Under the pieces are notes generated by a model that was not told the DNA's origin, searched no databases, and saw nothing but the letters and a program-made list of their open reading frames with translations. Shown one piece after another: positions 1 through 9,066 of a DNA stretch of 39,057 nt. The stretch is from the IMG/VR virus record IMGVR_UViG_3300043764_000100, positions 1 to 39,057 of that record; one strand, written 5' to 3'. The first letter of the stretch is position 1. Each line of letters starts with the position of its first letter. A program made the translations under genes and the position numbers. This DNA comes from a virus (Duplodnaviria > Caudoviricetes).

Positions 1-465
1 ACACCTCAGATCCAGGGCGCGGACGGCAAGACGTACCCCGCCTCCCGCCCGGCGCTTGAGTCCGACCCGTTCGACGGGTCGGACTGGGTGGAGCCCGGCG
101 CGGACGAGGTCCCCGGCCAGTCCCAAGTGCTGGAGCACACCAGCCTGGAGACCGTCACCCCGAAGGTCGAACGCCGCCGGCCGCTGCCGGAGGCCTTCGC
201 CGACGCCGGCCGCGACTACGTGCGAGCCGCCGAACGCCTCGCCCGCCTCACCGAAGACGACCGGTTCACCCGAAATCGGGACACCGCCCACCAGCAAATG
301 CCCGAACTCCTCGGAGCGCTGGAACACACCACCCGCCTCGTCCAGGCCATGAACCTGCCGGGCGCCAACGCAAGCGAAGAGGCCCGCCGCTGGTGGGCGG
401 CGAGCCTCCACAAAATCAGCGACGCCCTCGCCGACGTCGCCAACTCCCTGGAACAGGAGCAGTAA
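1..465 (+). CDS. Phage protein, 5'-truncated by the window edge
   Basis: Frame 1 is open from base 1 (TPQIQGADGKTYPASRP...) to TAA 463-465, which overlaps the ATG of the next gene. A GxDGKTYP motif is familiar from actinophage early DNA-binding proteins. Confidence 0.75.
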   Translation, partial: TPQIQGADGKTYPASRPALESDPFDGSDWVEPGADEVPGQSQVLEHTSLETVTPKVERRRPLPEAFADAGRDYVRAAERLARLTEDDRFTRNRDTAHQQMPELLGALEHTTRLVQAMNLPGANASEEARRWWAASLHKISDALADVANSLEQEQ

Positions 466-1286
466 TGCGCAAGACCACCGTACCCGCCGTCCCCGCCGGA
501 ATGCAGTGCCAGATCGTCGAGGTCACCCCGGCGCTCGCCGAAAAGTGGCTCCGCCAGAACACCCACAACCGAAGCGTCCGCGAGCGGGTCGTCCTCGCCT
601 ACGCCCGCGACATGGAGGCCGGCCGCTGGGCCGAGAACGGCGAAGCCATCAAGTTCGCTGCGGACGGCACGCTCCTCGACGGCCAGCACCGGCTGAACGC
701 CGTCACCCTCTCCGGCGTCACCGTCCAGATGCTCGTCATCACCGGCCTCGCCAACTCCTCGCAGGAAACGATGGACGCCGGAAGCAAGCGCACCGCGTCG
801 GACGCGTTCGGCCTGCGCGGCGAGGTCAACTTCGCCATCCTCGCCTCCGTCGCCAAGCGCGTCTGGATGTGGGACCAGGGCGACACCAGGTTCACCGGAA
901 CCGCCCCGACGACGGCCGAATGCGCGGCCGTGCTGGACGAGCGGCCCGACCTGCGCCGTAGCGCAGACATTGCATCCAGGGTGAGGCAGGCGTTCAAGCC
1001 TCTCCCCCCGTCCATCGTCGGGACCGCGCACCACCTGTTCACCCGCATCGACGGGCCCGAGGCGGTGTGGTTCTTCCAGCGGGTCGCCGACGGCGCGGAG
1101 CTTCCCAAGGGGCACCCGATCCTCACCCTGCGGTCCCGCTCGGTGTCCGACGCCGCTGACGGACGAAACAACCGCCCGGACCGGCACATGGCCTACCTGA
1201 TCCGGACCTGGAACGCCGTCCGGGAAGGCCGTTCGCTGGCGCGGATCATCCAGGCGCCCGACGCGCCCATGCCGATGCCGCGCTAG
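465..1286 (+). CDS. ParB-N/DGQHR-like phage protein (273 aa)
   Basis: TAATG-coupled start at 465; motifs VTPALAEKWL..NxxNR, YARDM..GRW..NGE.I, LLDGQHRL.A, typical of phage ParB/Srx-fold proteins. Confidence 0.8.
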   Translation: MRKTTVPAVPAGMQCQIVEVTPALAEKWLRQNTHNRSVRERVVLAYARDMEAGRWAENGEAIKFAADGTLLDGQHRLNAVTLSGVTVQMLVITGLANSSQETMDAGSKRTASDAFGLRGEVNFAILASVAKRVWMWDQGDTRFTGTAPTTAECAAVLDERPDLRRSADIASRVRQAFKPLPPSIVGTAHHLFTRIDGPEAVWFFQRVADGAELPKGHPILTLRSRSVSDAADGRNNRPDRHMAYLIRTWNAVREGRSLARIIQAPDAPMPMPR

Positions 1287-1296
1287 CCCGCTGACT

Positions 1297-1331
1297 GCCT
1301 GGGGCGGGGTGTCACCGCCCCCGTCCCAGGC
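1297..1331 (+). terminator. Intergenic GC-rich stem-loop
   Basis: GCCTGGGGCGGGG (1297-1309) pairs with CCCCGTCCCAGGC (1319-1331) with one G-U; no U tract. Confidence 0.45.
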
Positions 1332-1367
1332 CACCAACCCCGACCGCACTACCGGAAGAAGGACCAC

Positions 1368-2252
1368 GTGGGCTACGAGCTGCGACGCCAACTGCGGGAG
1401 GCCTTGGGCCCGCAGGTGACCGGGCTTCAGCGCGCCGTGGCCTTGGAGATCGCGGACGACGCCAACGAGGAGACCCGCAAGTCCTGGGCCGCCTTGGAGG
1501 ACCTGGCCCGGTGGACCGGGGCGAAGGACACCAGCGTGGTGCGTAACGCGCTCAAGCGGCTTGCGGTGGCCGGCTGGGAGTTCCGGATCCCGATCGGCAA
1601 GGGCAAGGACGGGCGCGTGCTGTACGCGGTGCCGGGGCAGCGGATGACGTTCCTCGTTCCGCCCTTCGAAGGGGTAGCGGTGGCTCCCCCTTCCGAGGCC
1701 AAGGGGGAGCAGGGGCTCCCCCTAGAAGGAGCCACCGCTACCCCTTCGGCCCCACAAGGGGGAGCAGGGGCTCATTCAGAAGGAGCCACGGCTCATTCAG
1801 AAGGAGCCGGGGCTACCCCCTTCTCCTCATACCCCTCAGACCCCTCAACAGATAAAGACTCTTCCAGCGGCGAAGGCCGAGCCCCGGCTACCCCTTCCCC
1901 CGCCAAGCCCAAGCGCGACTACCACCTCGATGCCTTCGGCGCCTTCTGGCTCGTCTACCCGAAGAAGAAGGCCCGCGAGGAAGCCAAGCGCGCTTGGTGC
2001 CAGGCCATCGACAGGGGTGCCGACCCCGAGCGCATCGTCGCCGCCGCCACGGCGTACGCCCGCGAACGCGCCAGCGAGGACTCGAAGTACACCAAGTACC
2101 CGGCGACCTGGCTCAACAAGGGCTGCTACGACGACGAGCCCGATGCCCCCGCTGGACAGCGGCCCCCGCTTCGTGCAGTCGCCGGCGGCAGCCCCCAGGG
2201 CTGGCAGCCCTACAGCAACCCCGACCCCGCTGTGTACAAGAACGGCTGGTAA
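1368..2252 (+). CDS. Phage replication initiator / replisome organiser (294 aa)
   Basis: N-terminal wHTH-like region (LEDLARWTGAKDTSVVRNALKRL), repeat-rich linker, C-terminal AFGAFWLVYPKKKAREEAKRAW...YPATWLNKGCYDDE; immediately followed by a DnaC-like gene; AAGGA RBS and GTG start. Confidence 0.85.
   Translation: MGYELRRQLREALGPQVTGLQRAVALEIADDANEETRKSWAALEDLARWTGAKDTSVVRNALKRLAVAGWEFRIPIGKGKDGRVLYAVPGQRMTFLVPPFEGVAVAPPSEAKGEQGLPLEGATATPSAPQGGAGAHSEGATAHSEGAGATPFSSYPSDPSTDKDSSSGEGRAPATPSPAKPKRDYHLDAFGAFWLVYPKKKAREEAKRAWCQAIDRGADPERIVAAATAYARERASEDSKYTKYPATWLNKGCYDDEPDAPAGQRPPLRAVAGGSPQGWQPYSNPDPAVYKNGW
1667..1823. repeat. Iteron-like repeat cluster inside the rep gene (putative phage origin)
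   Basis: Perfect 21-bp inverted repeat 1667-1687/1728-1748; direct repeats CAAGGGGGAGCAGGGGCTC at 1700-1718 and 1755-1773; GGCTCATTCAGAAGGAGCC at 1769-1787 and 1790-1808. Confidence 0.75.
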
Positions 2253-2257
2253 CCCCA

Positions 2258-2998
2258 ATGCCCGAACCCCAGCGCCTCGCCAACACCGACCCCGCCGCCG
2301 CACTGAAGGCCCGCCTCGCCCGTCTCGGCGTCCCGCTCCCCGAGCGACGCCCGTACGACAAGACCCCCGAACCCGGCGAGCCCGGCCACCCCGAGTACCA
2401 CCACCGCATCCGCGCCGAGTTCGCCCTCGACCGCTGGACCACCGCCGTCCCCCGCCGGTACGTCAACGCCCGCATCGTCACTGACCCCACCGTCGCCGCC
2501 TGGGTCCGGCAGGTCGCCGTCAACCCGACCGACGCCCGGTCCCTTCTCCTCACCGGCACCACCGGCACTGGCAAGACCCACCAGGCGTGGGCCGCCCTGC
2601 GGATGATCGCCGAGGCCGGACCCGCCCGGTACGAGCTGATCGCCACTACCGCCGCCGACATGTACGCCCTCCTCCGCCCGGGCGGCAGCCCCCGCGGCGA
2701 GAAGACCGAACTCGACCGCCTCGCCCACGTGCCCCTCCTGCTTATTGACGACCTCGGCTCCGCCAAGGCCTCCGAGTGGGTCGAGGAGATCACCTACCGG
2801 CTGATCAACGAGCGCTACAACGCCTGCCGACCGACCGTCTTCACCTCCAACTACCCGACCGAAGCGCCCCGGAGCAGGGAGGGCAACATCCTCGGTCCCG
2901 GCCTCGACCTCATCCTCGGCGACCGCATCGTCTCCCGCCTCACCGAGATGACCGACGTGGTCGTCATGGCCGGCCGAGACCGCCGCCGGGCCGCCTGA
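2258..2998 (+). CDS. DnaC/IstB-like AAA+ helicase loader (246 aa)
   Basis: Walker A GTTGTGKT, Walker B LLLIDDLG, INERYNACRPTVFTSN, GDRIVSRL..M, GRDRR; lies downstream of rep. Confidence 0.92.
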   Translation: MPEPQRLANTDPAAALKARLARLGVPLPERRPYDKTPEPGEPGHPEYHHRIRAEFALDRWTTAVPRRYVNARIVTDPTVAAWVRQVAVNPTDARSLLLTGTTGTGKTHQAWAALRMIAEAGPARYELIATTAADMYALLRPGGSPRGEKTELDRLAHVPLLLIDDLGSAKASEWVEEITYRLINERYNACRPTVFTSNYPTEAPRSREGNILGPGLDLILGDRIVSRLTEMTDVVVMAGRDRRRAA

Positions 2999-3192
2999 TG
3001 GGCGCCCCGATGCCCGCAGGCCTCCGCCGCCGCCAGCCGCCGACTGAGTGGGCCATCCCCTGCCCCGTCGACCACTGCCGCGCCAAACCCGGCACTCCCT
3101 GCCACACCCCCACCGGCCGCCGACTCGGCGCCGGCAGCCACCCCAGCCGCCTCGACGCCTGGCTCACCCACCACACCCGCCCCGCCGCCTGA
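2998..3192 (+). CDS. Small phage zinc-finger protein (64 aa)
   Basis: TGATG coupling; CPxxxCRAKPGTPC...SHPSR pattern. Confidence 0.75.
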   Translation: MGAPMPAGLRRRQPPTEWAIPCPVDHCRAKPGTPCHTPTGRRLGAGSHPSRLDAWLTHHTRPAA

Positions 3193-3204
3193 GGAGACCA
3201 CCCG

Positions 3205-3603
3205 ATGACCACCGCCTTCGTCATCCGCGGCAGCAACCGCTACCACCTCGACGTCGACTGCCAAGCCCTCGACAGCGCCCGGCTCAACCACAGCGGCGCC
3301 GTCTTCCAGGTCACCGACACCGCCGACCACGCGCCGTGCCTCGTGTGCGCCGACGGCACCGCCACCGAATGGACCGTCACCCGAGAAAACCTCGTCGAGC
3401 TGCTGGAGCTGGTCGGGCTGTCCAAGCCCCACTACGTGGCGCGCGTCCCCGCCGGCCCGTACGACGTCAGCACCGAGATCGACGGCCTCACCATCTTGGC
3501 CCACCGGAACCAGCCCCGCACCGTCGCCCGCTTCGGCGACACCATCACCCGCCGGCCCTACGGCACCTGGACCGTCCAGCACGCCGAGGAGACCGCACGA
3601 TGA
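3205..3603 (+). CDS. Hypothetical phage protein (132 aa)
   Basis: GAGGAG RBS; N-terminal YH...C...PCxxC motif; C-rich third codon positions. Confidence 0.75.
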   Translation: MTTAFVIRGSNRYHLDVDCQALDSARLNHSGAVFQVTDTADHAPCLVCADGTATEWTVTRENLVELLELVGLSKPHYVARVPAGPYDVSTEIDGLTILAHRNQPRTVARFGDTITRRPYGTWTVQHAEETAR

Positions 3604-3782
3604 CGAACCTGACCGCCGAGCAGTGGAACGAGCGTGAGCGGCGCCTCGACGCCGACATCGCCGATGCACGCAAGGCCCTCAACAACGCCCGCGACCACTT
3701 CGACCGCCTGTGCGAGGAGCTCCGCGAAATGCGCTACCAGCGTCGCCAGCAGCTCGCCGTCATCGAGGAGACCGCCCGATGA
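3600..3782 (+). CDS. Small coiled-coil phage protein (60 aa)
   Basis: ATGA overlaps at both ends; GAGGAG RBS; MTNLTAEQWNERERRLDADIADARKAL... Confidence 0.7.
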   Translation: MTNLTAEQWNERERRLDADIADARKALNNARDHFDRLCEELREMRYQRRQQLAVIEETAR

Positions 3783-3982
3783 GCCAGCCCGAGGTGCTGC
3801 ACATCCTCTGCTGCAGTTCCGTCACCGCTATCTGCGGCGCCCGCGCCTCGTACCCCGCCGCCCTGGACATCCCGCACCCGCAGTGTCCCGAGTGCGCCAG
3901 CCTCGACTGGGCCGGCGTCCCCTGCAGTCTCGACTGCCCGTTCACCACCAACACGCCTGCGGCCATGGAGGACCACCGATGA
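3779..3982 (+). CDS. Cys-rich small phage protein (67 aa)
   Basis: ATGA overlaps; HILCC..AICG..CPEC..C..C. Confidence 0.7.
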   Translation: MSQPEVLHILCCSSVTAICGARASYPAALDIPHPQCPECASLDWAGVPCSLDCPFTTNTPAAMEDHR

Positions 3983-4377
3983 GCCAGCCCCTCGACCTCG
4001 ACGCCATCCAGCGGCGCGTCAGCTCGGCCGCCCCTGCCCCGTGGGACGCCGAGTCCACCGCCAACGCCCTCGGCGACCTCGCCGCCCTGCTCGCCCGGGT
4101 CCGGGAACTGGAGGCCGAGCGCGCCCTGTACGTCGGCGTCGAACCCACCATCGCCCAGGAGATGGCCGAGCTCAGCCGCCGCCTCGACGCCGCGGACGCC
4201 GTCGTCGAGCAGTGGGCCGACCACTGCCTCGGCCCGCAGACCCGCCAGCTCCTCGACGAGATCCGCGCTGTCCTCAACGCGCACGCAGCCCCCAAGCGGC
4301 CCCACGCGGCTCGCCTGACGGTCGCACAGCCCCGCACCGGACCACGGGGCCGACCGGCGCCCGAACGGGCGTCCTAG
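3979..4377 (+). CDS. Hypothetical phage protein, Ead/Ea22-like N-terminus (132 aa)
   Basis: GGAGG RBS; LDLDAIQRRVSSAAPAPW...DLAALLARVRELEAE pattern. Confidence 0.7.
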   Translation: MSQPLDLDAIQRRVSSAAPAPWDAESTANALGDLAALLARVRELEAERALYVGVEPTIAQEMAELSRRLDAADAVVEQWADHCLGPQTRQLLDEIRAVLNAHAAPKRPHAARLTVAQPRTGPRGRPAPERAS

Positions 4378-4409
4378 GCCCCGCCACGCCAACCACCACG
4401 GAGACCCGC

Positions 4410-4973
4410 ATGACCACCGCCCGAGACGCCCTCCTCGCCGAACTCCTCCAGGGCGAGGACCCGCAGAGCCCCGAGTACGCCGACGCCCGCGCCCGGCTGG
4501 AGCGGCTGCTCGACGCCTACCGCGATGAGGAACTCGCCTCCGAGGCCGGCGAGCGATGGATCCGCAGCCAGGAGAGTCAGCTCGGCATCAAGTGGGTTAA
4601 CTTCCGCGCCGGGCGCTGGGAAATGGACCTCGCCGGCGGCCGCGACTTCGCCGCTGCCTACGTGGCCGCCGCCCGCGCCCTGCTCGGCAACGCCCCGAAC
4701 TACAGCGAGACCAAGCTGGAGTTCGACGTCAAGATCGCCGAGTCGCCGGAGATGTACACGCTCGTCGTCCAGCGGCACGCACCCGGCGCCCTCACGCCGC
4801 ACGAGGCCCGGCAGCGCGCCGAAGCCGAGTGCGAGCGGCTCCGCACCGCCGCCCAGTCCGCCGCCGTCCTCCTCCGCTCCATCGCCGACAACGCCACCGC
4901 CGGCCGCCCCCAGGACATCGACGCCATCCGCCACGCCGCCACCGCCCTCGACACCGCCACCACGACCAGCTGA
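4410..4973 (+). CDS. Hypothetical phage protein (187 aa)
   Basis: GGAG RBS and ATG at 4410; APNYSE...YTLVVQR..GALTPHEARQRAE; host-like codon bias. Confidence 0.75.
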   Translation: MTTARDALLAELLQGEDPQSPEYADARARLERLLDAYRDEELASEAGERWIRSQESQLGIKWVNFRAGRWEMDLAGGRDFAAAYVAAARALLGNAPNYSETKLEFDVKIAESPEMYTLVVQRHAPGALTPHEARQRAEAECERLRTAAQSAAVLLRSIADNATAGRPQDIDAIRHAATALDTATTTS

Positions 4974-4990
4974 CACCAGGGAGACAACCC

Positions 4991-6112
4991 ATGCTCACCG
5001 TCACGGACTTCTTCTGCGGGGCCGGCGGCTCCAGCCAGGGCATGCACAACATCCCCGGCCTCCAGGTCGCCACCGCCGCCAACCACTGGGACCTCGCCGT
5101 CCAGACCCATCAGCACAACTTCCCCGACGTCCGGCACGACTGCGCGGACATCTCCCAGATCGACTTCCGCCGCTACCCCCGCACCGACCTGCTGTGGGCC
5201 AGCCCCGAGTGCACCAACCACTCCGTGGCCAAGGGCGTCAAGCGGGGCGCCGACCGGCAGCCGGACCTGTTCGGCGAGGTTCTCCCCGAGGAAGCCGCGG
5301 TCCGGTCCCGGGCCACCATGTGGGACGTTCCCCGCTACCTCGAAGCGATGAGCCTGCGCGGCCGGCCCGTCCTCGGCGGCGTCGTCGAAAACGTCGTCGA
5401 CGCCCGCAACTGGGCCCTGTTCGACGCCTGGTGCATGGCCATCCGCGCCCTCGGCTACGACATGCGGCTCGTCTACCTCAACTCCATGCACGCCCGCCCC
5501 CTCGCCGTCCCCGTCGAAGGACGCGAAGGCAAGAACGCGACACCCGTCGACGACCCGCTGCGGACCATGACCACCCGCAACGAGACCAGCCTCGCCTGGT
5601 TCGAACCGTTCCTCGCCGAACTGCGCGGCGGCGGCTCCGACCACCGTCCCGCCTCCGACCCGCTCGCCACCGTCTGCGCCTCCGGCAACCACCACGGCCT
5701 GGTCCACCCCGAGGCCATGGTTGTTCCGGCTGGCGGCACCTGGAACGACGAAGCCCGCCCCGTGCGCGAGCCGTTCCGGGCCCGGACCACCCGCGAGACC
5801 GAAGGCCTGCTCGTCCCGTACTACGGCAACGGCACCGCCCGCTCCACCGACGAGCCCGCGCCCACCGTCACCACGGTCGACCGCCACGCCCTGGTCTCGC
5901 CCGAACTCGACGTCGAGGAGTGCCTGTTCCGCATGCTGAGCCCGGCCGAGATCGGTGCCGCCATGGCCTTCGGCACCGACTACACGGTCCTGGGCACCAA
6001 GCGCGAGCAGGTCCGCCAGTACGGCAACGCCGTCACCCCGCCCGCCGCCGAGGTGCTGATGAGCGCCCTGGTCGAGGCCATCACCGGCGAAGACCTCCAG
6101 ACCGCCGCCTGA
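4991..6112 (+). CDS. DNA cytosine-C5 methyltransferase (373 aa), apparently internally deleted (no motif VIII)
   Basis: Motif I DFFCGAGG, motif IV SPEC, motif VI ENV, motif IX RMLSPAE, motif X RQYGNAV; no QxRxR (motif VIII) anywhere in the sequence. Confidence 0.88.
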   Translation: MLTVTDFFCGAGGSSQGMHNIPGLQVATAANHWDLAVQTHQHNFPDVRHDCADISQIDFRRYPRTDLLWASPECTNHSVAKGVKRGADRQPDLFGEVLPEEAAVRSRATMWDVPRYLEAMSLRGRPVLGGVVENVVDARNWALFDAWCMAIRALGYDMRLVYLNSMHARPLAVPVEGREGKNATPVDDPLRTMTTRNETSLAWFEPFLAELRGGGSDHRPASDPLATVCASGNHHGLVHPEAMVVPAGGTWNDEARPVREPFRARTTRETEGLLVPYYGNGTARSTDEPAPTVTTVDRHALVSPELDVEECLFRMLSPAEIGAAMAFGTDYTVLGTKREQVRQYGNAVTPPAAEVLMSALVEAITGEDLQTAA

Positions 6113-6173
6113 CACTCCCCTGACGCCCGACGCCGCCCGCAACCGCGGGCGGCCCCAACCCGAGGAGCACACC

Positions 6174-6317
6174 GTGGACCACGAGCAGCTCACCGAGGTC
6201 ATCGAGACCGCCCTGACTGCCATCGAGGACGAGGTCGGCATCGAGGAGATGGAGATCCCCGACCTCGCCGCCAGCCTCGCCACCGCCATCCTGCGCGCCC
6301 AGCAGGCCCCCGCGTGA
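6174..6317 (+). CDS. Small acidic protein (47 aa)
   Basis: GAGGAG RBS and GTG at 6174; MDHEQLTEVIETALTAIEDEVGIEEMEIPDLAASLATAILRAQQAPA; GTGA overlap with the next ORF (below the ORF-track cutoff). Confidence 0.65.
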   Translation: MDHEQLTEVIETALTAIEDEVGIEEMEIPDLAASLATAILRAQQAPA

Positions 6318-6439
6318 CCGTGTCCCCCTGGCTGGTCCTGGCCGGCGCCCTCCTCGGCGCCGGCCTCGGGACCGTCGTCCTCGCCCTCAACCCGCCCAGT
6401 CGAGACGCTCAACCCGATCCGAACGGAGACCAGCAGTGA
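6314..6439 (+). CDS. Small single-TM protein (41 aa)
   Basis: GTGA overlaps at both ends; PWLVLAGALLGAGLGTVVLAL. Confidence 0.55.
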   Translation: MTVSPWLVLAGALLGAGLGTVVLALNPPSRDAQPDPNGDQQ

Positions 6440-6882
6440 CCGCCAACCGCATCACCGCCTACCTCGACACCCTCGTCCCCGCCGCCAGCCCGTTCATCCT
6501 CCGCCGCCACCACGACGTCACCGGCGTCTCCGGCACCGGCATCGTCGCCGACGGCGTGTTGTTCCCCGCCGCCGGCAAGTCCAAGGCCATCGTCCGCTGG
6601 CGCGGCGAACGCGGCTCCACCGTCGTCTGGGACCACATCGGCCACGTCAAAGAGATCCACGGCCACGACGGCGCCACCGTCGTGGAGCTGATCCCCGTCG
6701 ACGAGCTGATCGCCGCGCTCAAGGCCGTGGCCGCCATCGGTGGCATCGCCGTCAGTGACGCCGGCAGCTCCTCCGATTGGCACGAGGCCATCGGCTACAA
6801 CGAGGCCCTCGCGGACGTCCGACAAGCCATCACCGACGCCATCGAAGCCCTCCACGACCACGACGAGGACGGCACCGAGTGA
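6436..6882 (+). CDS. Conserved actinophage hypothetical protein (148 aa)
   Basis: FxLxRxxDVTGVSGTGIVADGV.F...S.VVW...IHGHxGAT motif, familiar from actinophage early regions. Confidence 0.8.
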   Translation: MTANRITAYLDTLVPAASPFILRRHHDVTGVSGTGIVADGVLFPAAGKSKAIVRWRGERGSTVVWDHIGHVKEIHGHDGATVVELIPVDELIAALKAVAAIGGIAVSDAGSSSDWHEAIGYNEALADVRQAITDAIEALHDHDEDGTE

Positions 6883-7091
6883 CCGCCTGGTACGTCCTCG
6901 CCACCTGCGGACCCGCCGCCATCGTCAGCCTCTGGTGGTTCCGCCAGATCTGCGCGGACTACGTCGAGGCCGGCCGACTCGACGCCGAAATCCGATGCCT
7001 CGAAGCCGAAATCCGTCGCCGCAACGCCGAACAAGCGATCTTCGACGACCAGTTCGCCGCCATCATCGCCACCCTGGAGCGCCAGCCATGA
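6879..7091 (+). CDS. Small membrane-anchored coiled-coil protein (70 aa)
   Basis: GTGA/ATGA overlaps; N-terminal hydrophobic segment. Confidence 0.6.
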   Translation: MTAWYVLATCGPAAIVSLWWFRQICADYVEAGRLDAEIRCLEAEIRRRNAEQAIFDDQFAAIIATLERQP

Positions 7092-7240
7092 CCACTGAAC
7101 ACGCCCCGCGCCCCGGCCGCACCCGGGACACCACCGTCGTCCGCGCCGAGACCATCGTCCCCGACGACGCGCCCGAGCCCCGGCCCAACCGCGCCACCCG
7201 CCGAGCCCTCGCCCAAGCCAAGAGGAAGGCCAACCGATGA
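7088..7240 (+). CDS. Small basic protein (50 aa)
   Basis: GGAG RBS, ATGA overlaps; ends PNRATRRALAQAKRKANR. Confidence 0.6.
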   Translation: MTTEHAPRPGRTRDTTVVRAETIVPDDAPEPRPNRATRRALAQAKRKANR

Positions 7241-7854
7241 ACCCCAGCGCCGAGCAGCTCGACCACCTCATCGGCCACACCGACCACCGGGCGCTCACCG
7301 CCGAGGAGCACGCCGCCCTCCGCGCCGGCATACAGCAACTCCGCGCCAGCCTCGCCGGAACCGGCGCCGCCCTCCGCCGCGCGCCGTCCGGCGCGTACGT
7401 CACCCAGCTCCGGCAGCAGGCCGCCCGCGCCGACCGGTACCGCGGCGCCTGGCAGTCCGCCCGACGCCGGGCCGCCGACAACCGCAGCAGCTGCGACACC
7501 CTCCAGGCCGCCGCCGAATGCTGGGCCAACGACCTCGCCCGCCTCGGCCACGACCAGATGAAGCGCGCCGAGCAGGCCGAGGCCCGCGTTGCTGAGCTGA
7601 CCGCCAACCTGGCCCCGACCGAAGACGCCCTCACCCGCGTCCTGCACGCCCTCGCCGACGTGCGCGCCACCCGTGGGCTCCTCGGCCGGGTCATTGCGGA
7701 CCAGATCGAGGCCGCGCTCAACGGCGCCACCCAGGCGCCGGCCGCGGTGTCATCCCCGGCTGTTGTGGTGCTTCCGGTTCAGCCGGTCCAGCCGGGGCCG
7801 ATCTTCGTTCAGCCCTGCGGCACCGAGCCGGAGCACCTGGAGGCCGAGCAGTGA
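7237..7854 (+). CDS. Hypothetical coiled-coil phage protein (205 aa)
   Basis: ATGA/GTGA coupling; RYRGAWQSARRRA motif seen in Streptomyces phage proteins. Confidence 0.75.
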   Translation: MNPSAEQLDHLIGHTDHRALTAEEHAALRAGIQQLRASLAGTGAALRRAPSGAYVTQLRQQAARADRYRGAWQSARRRAADNRSSCDTLQAAAECWANDLARLGHDQMKRAEQAEARVAELTANLAPTEDALTRVLHALADVRATRGLLGRVIADQIEAALNGATQAPAAVSSPAVVVLPVQPVQPGPIFVQPCGTEPEHLEAEQ

Positions 7855-8312
7855 GCGACGTGGTGGCCTGGCTGCGGGCCGAGTTGGACCGCGTGGAGCA
7901 GACCGCGCAGGCGACGACCGTGTACCAGCCGTACGACGAATGGACGCCAGTCGGTGTCGACGAGGACAGGGACACCGCACGGTCCTGCTGGGAAGTCGCA
8001 CTGATCGCGCGGCCCGCAGTGCGATCACCCTCGGCACGATCACTCATGGAACACATCGCCGCACACGACCCGGCAGCGGTTCTCCGCCGGGTAGCTGCAG
8101 ACCGGCGACTCCTTGACGACCTGCTCAACGAGCGGCACGAGGTCGTCGAGGATGACTGGTACACGTGCCCTGCCGCGACGGTGGAGCGAGACGGCGGCGA
8201 ATGCTGCGACGAGAACCGGATCGGCGATCCGTGCAACTGCGGCCGGGACGAGCGAGCGAAGCGCAGAGTGCGACTGCTCGCGGAGGGCTACGGCTGGGAG
8301 GAACCACGGTGA
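7851..8312 (+). CDS. DUF6221-family protein (153 aa)
   Basis: DVVAWLRAELD...HIAAHDPAAVLRRVAADRRLL...VRLLAEGY signature. Confidence 0.8.
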   Translation: MSDVVAWLRAELDRVEQTAQATTVYQPYDEWTPVGVDEDRDTARSCWEVALIARPAVRSPSARSLMEHIAAHDPAAVLRRVAADRRLLDDLLNERHEVVEDDWYTCPAATVERDGGECCDENRIGDPCNCGRDERAKRRVRLLAEGYGWEEPR

Positions 8313-8401
8313 GCCCGTAGCCGCCTCCTGCACGTGGCCTGACCAGACCTGCTCGCCCCGCCGACCACAACGCCCCAGAACAGCGCACCAGGAGACCGCA
8401 C

Positions 8402-9037
8402 ATGCTTCCCGCCCCGCACCTGGACCGCCTCCGTACCCAGCTCGGCCAGCTCCCCGAGCTGATCACGCTCGCCCACCTCGCCCTCCAGCCCGCCACGGGC
8501 CGGCGCGGGGCCCGCGTCTCCGGCGCCACCCGCACCGCACCCCTCCCCTGCAACCCCGGCACCCTCTCCCTCATCGGCCCCACCGCCACCAAGACGGTCC
8601 ACGACGAGTACGGCGACCAGGACGACACCCCAGGCTTCGATCTCCTCGCCGGCTGGGCCCGCACCGTGCTTGAGGACCGGCAGCACGCCAACGACTGGAC
8701 CGGGTGGGTCCGCCCGGCCGGCCACGAGTGGGAGCGGACCGTGAGCCGAGCGGTGAAGGTGCTGCTGCTGCACCTCGACTGGGCCGCCGCCCGCCCGTAC
8801 GCCCGGGACATGGCCGACGAGATCGGCCGGCTTCACGGCCACCTCAACCGCGCCACCGGCTTCCCCATAGCGACGCCGGCCCGTCGGCATGTCTGCCCTC
8901 GCTGCCAGCTGATGACCGTCACCGTCCGGGCGGACGGCATGCGCGAGTGCTCGACCATCGACTGCCGAGCCGTCCTCAGCGCCCAGGAGTACGCCGACCG
9001 TGCCGAGCAGACGCTAGCCGGGCTCGCCGCGGCCTGA
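8402..9037 (+). CDS. Phage Zn-ribbon protein, possible late transcriptional regulator (211 aa)
   Basis: AGGAG RBS; RVSGATRTAPLP, LAGWAR.V, LDWAA, C-terminal CPRC...CxxxxC; last gene of the early operon. Confidence 0.7.
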   Translation: MLPAPHLDRLRTQLGQLPELITLAHLALQPATGRRGARVSGATRTAPLPCNPGTLSLIGPTATKTVHDEYGDQDDTPGFDLLAGWARTVLEDRQHANDWTGWVRPAGHEWERTVSRAVKVLLLHLDWAAARPYARDMADEIGRLHGHLNRATGFPIATPARRHVCPRCQLMTVTVRADGMRECSTIDCRAVLSAQEYADRAEQTLAGLAAA

Positions 9038-9066
9038 CCTGCCAACGATCGCCGGGCCAACCAGCG

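Noticed and set aside
465-1286. DGQHR protein as part of a Dnd phosphorothioation or ParABS system
   Set aside because: No dnd genes or ParA ATPase in the window; the context is an ordinary phage early operon.
2258-2998. IstB-like ATPase as an IS21 element
   Set aside because: No IstA transposase or terminal inverted repeats; it follows a phage initiator as helicase loaders do.
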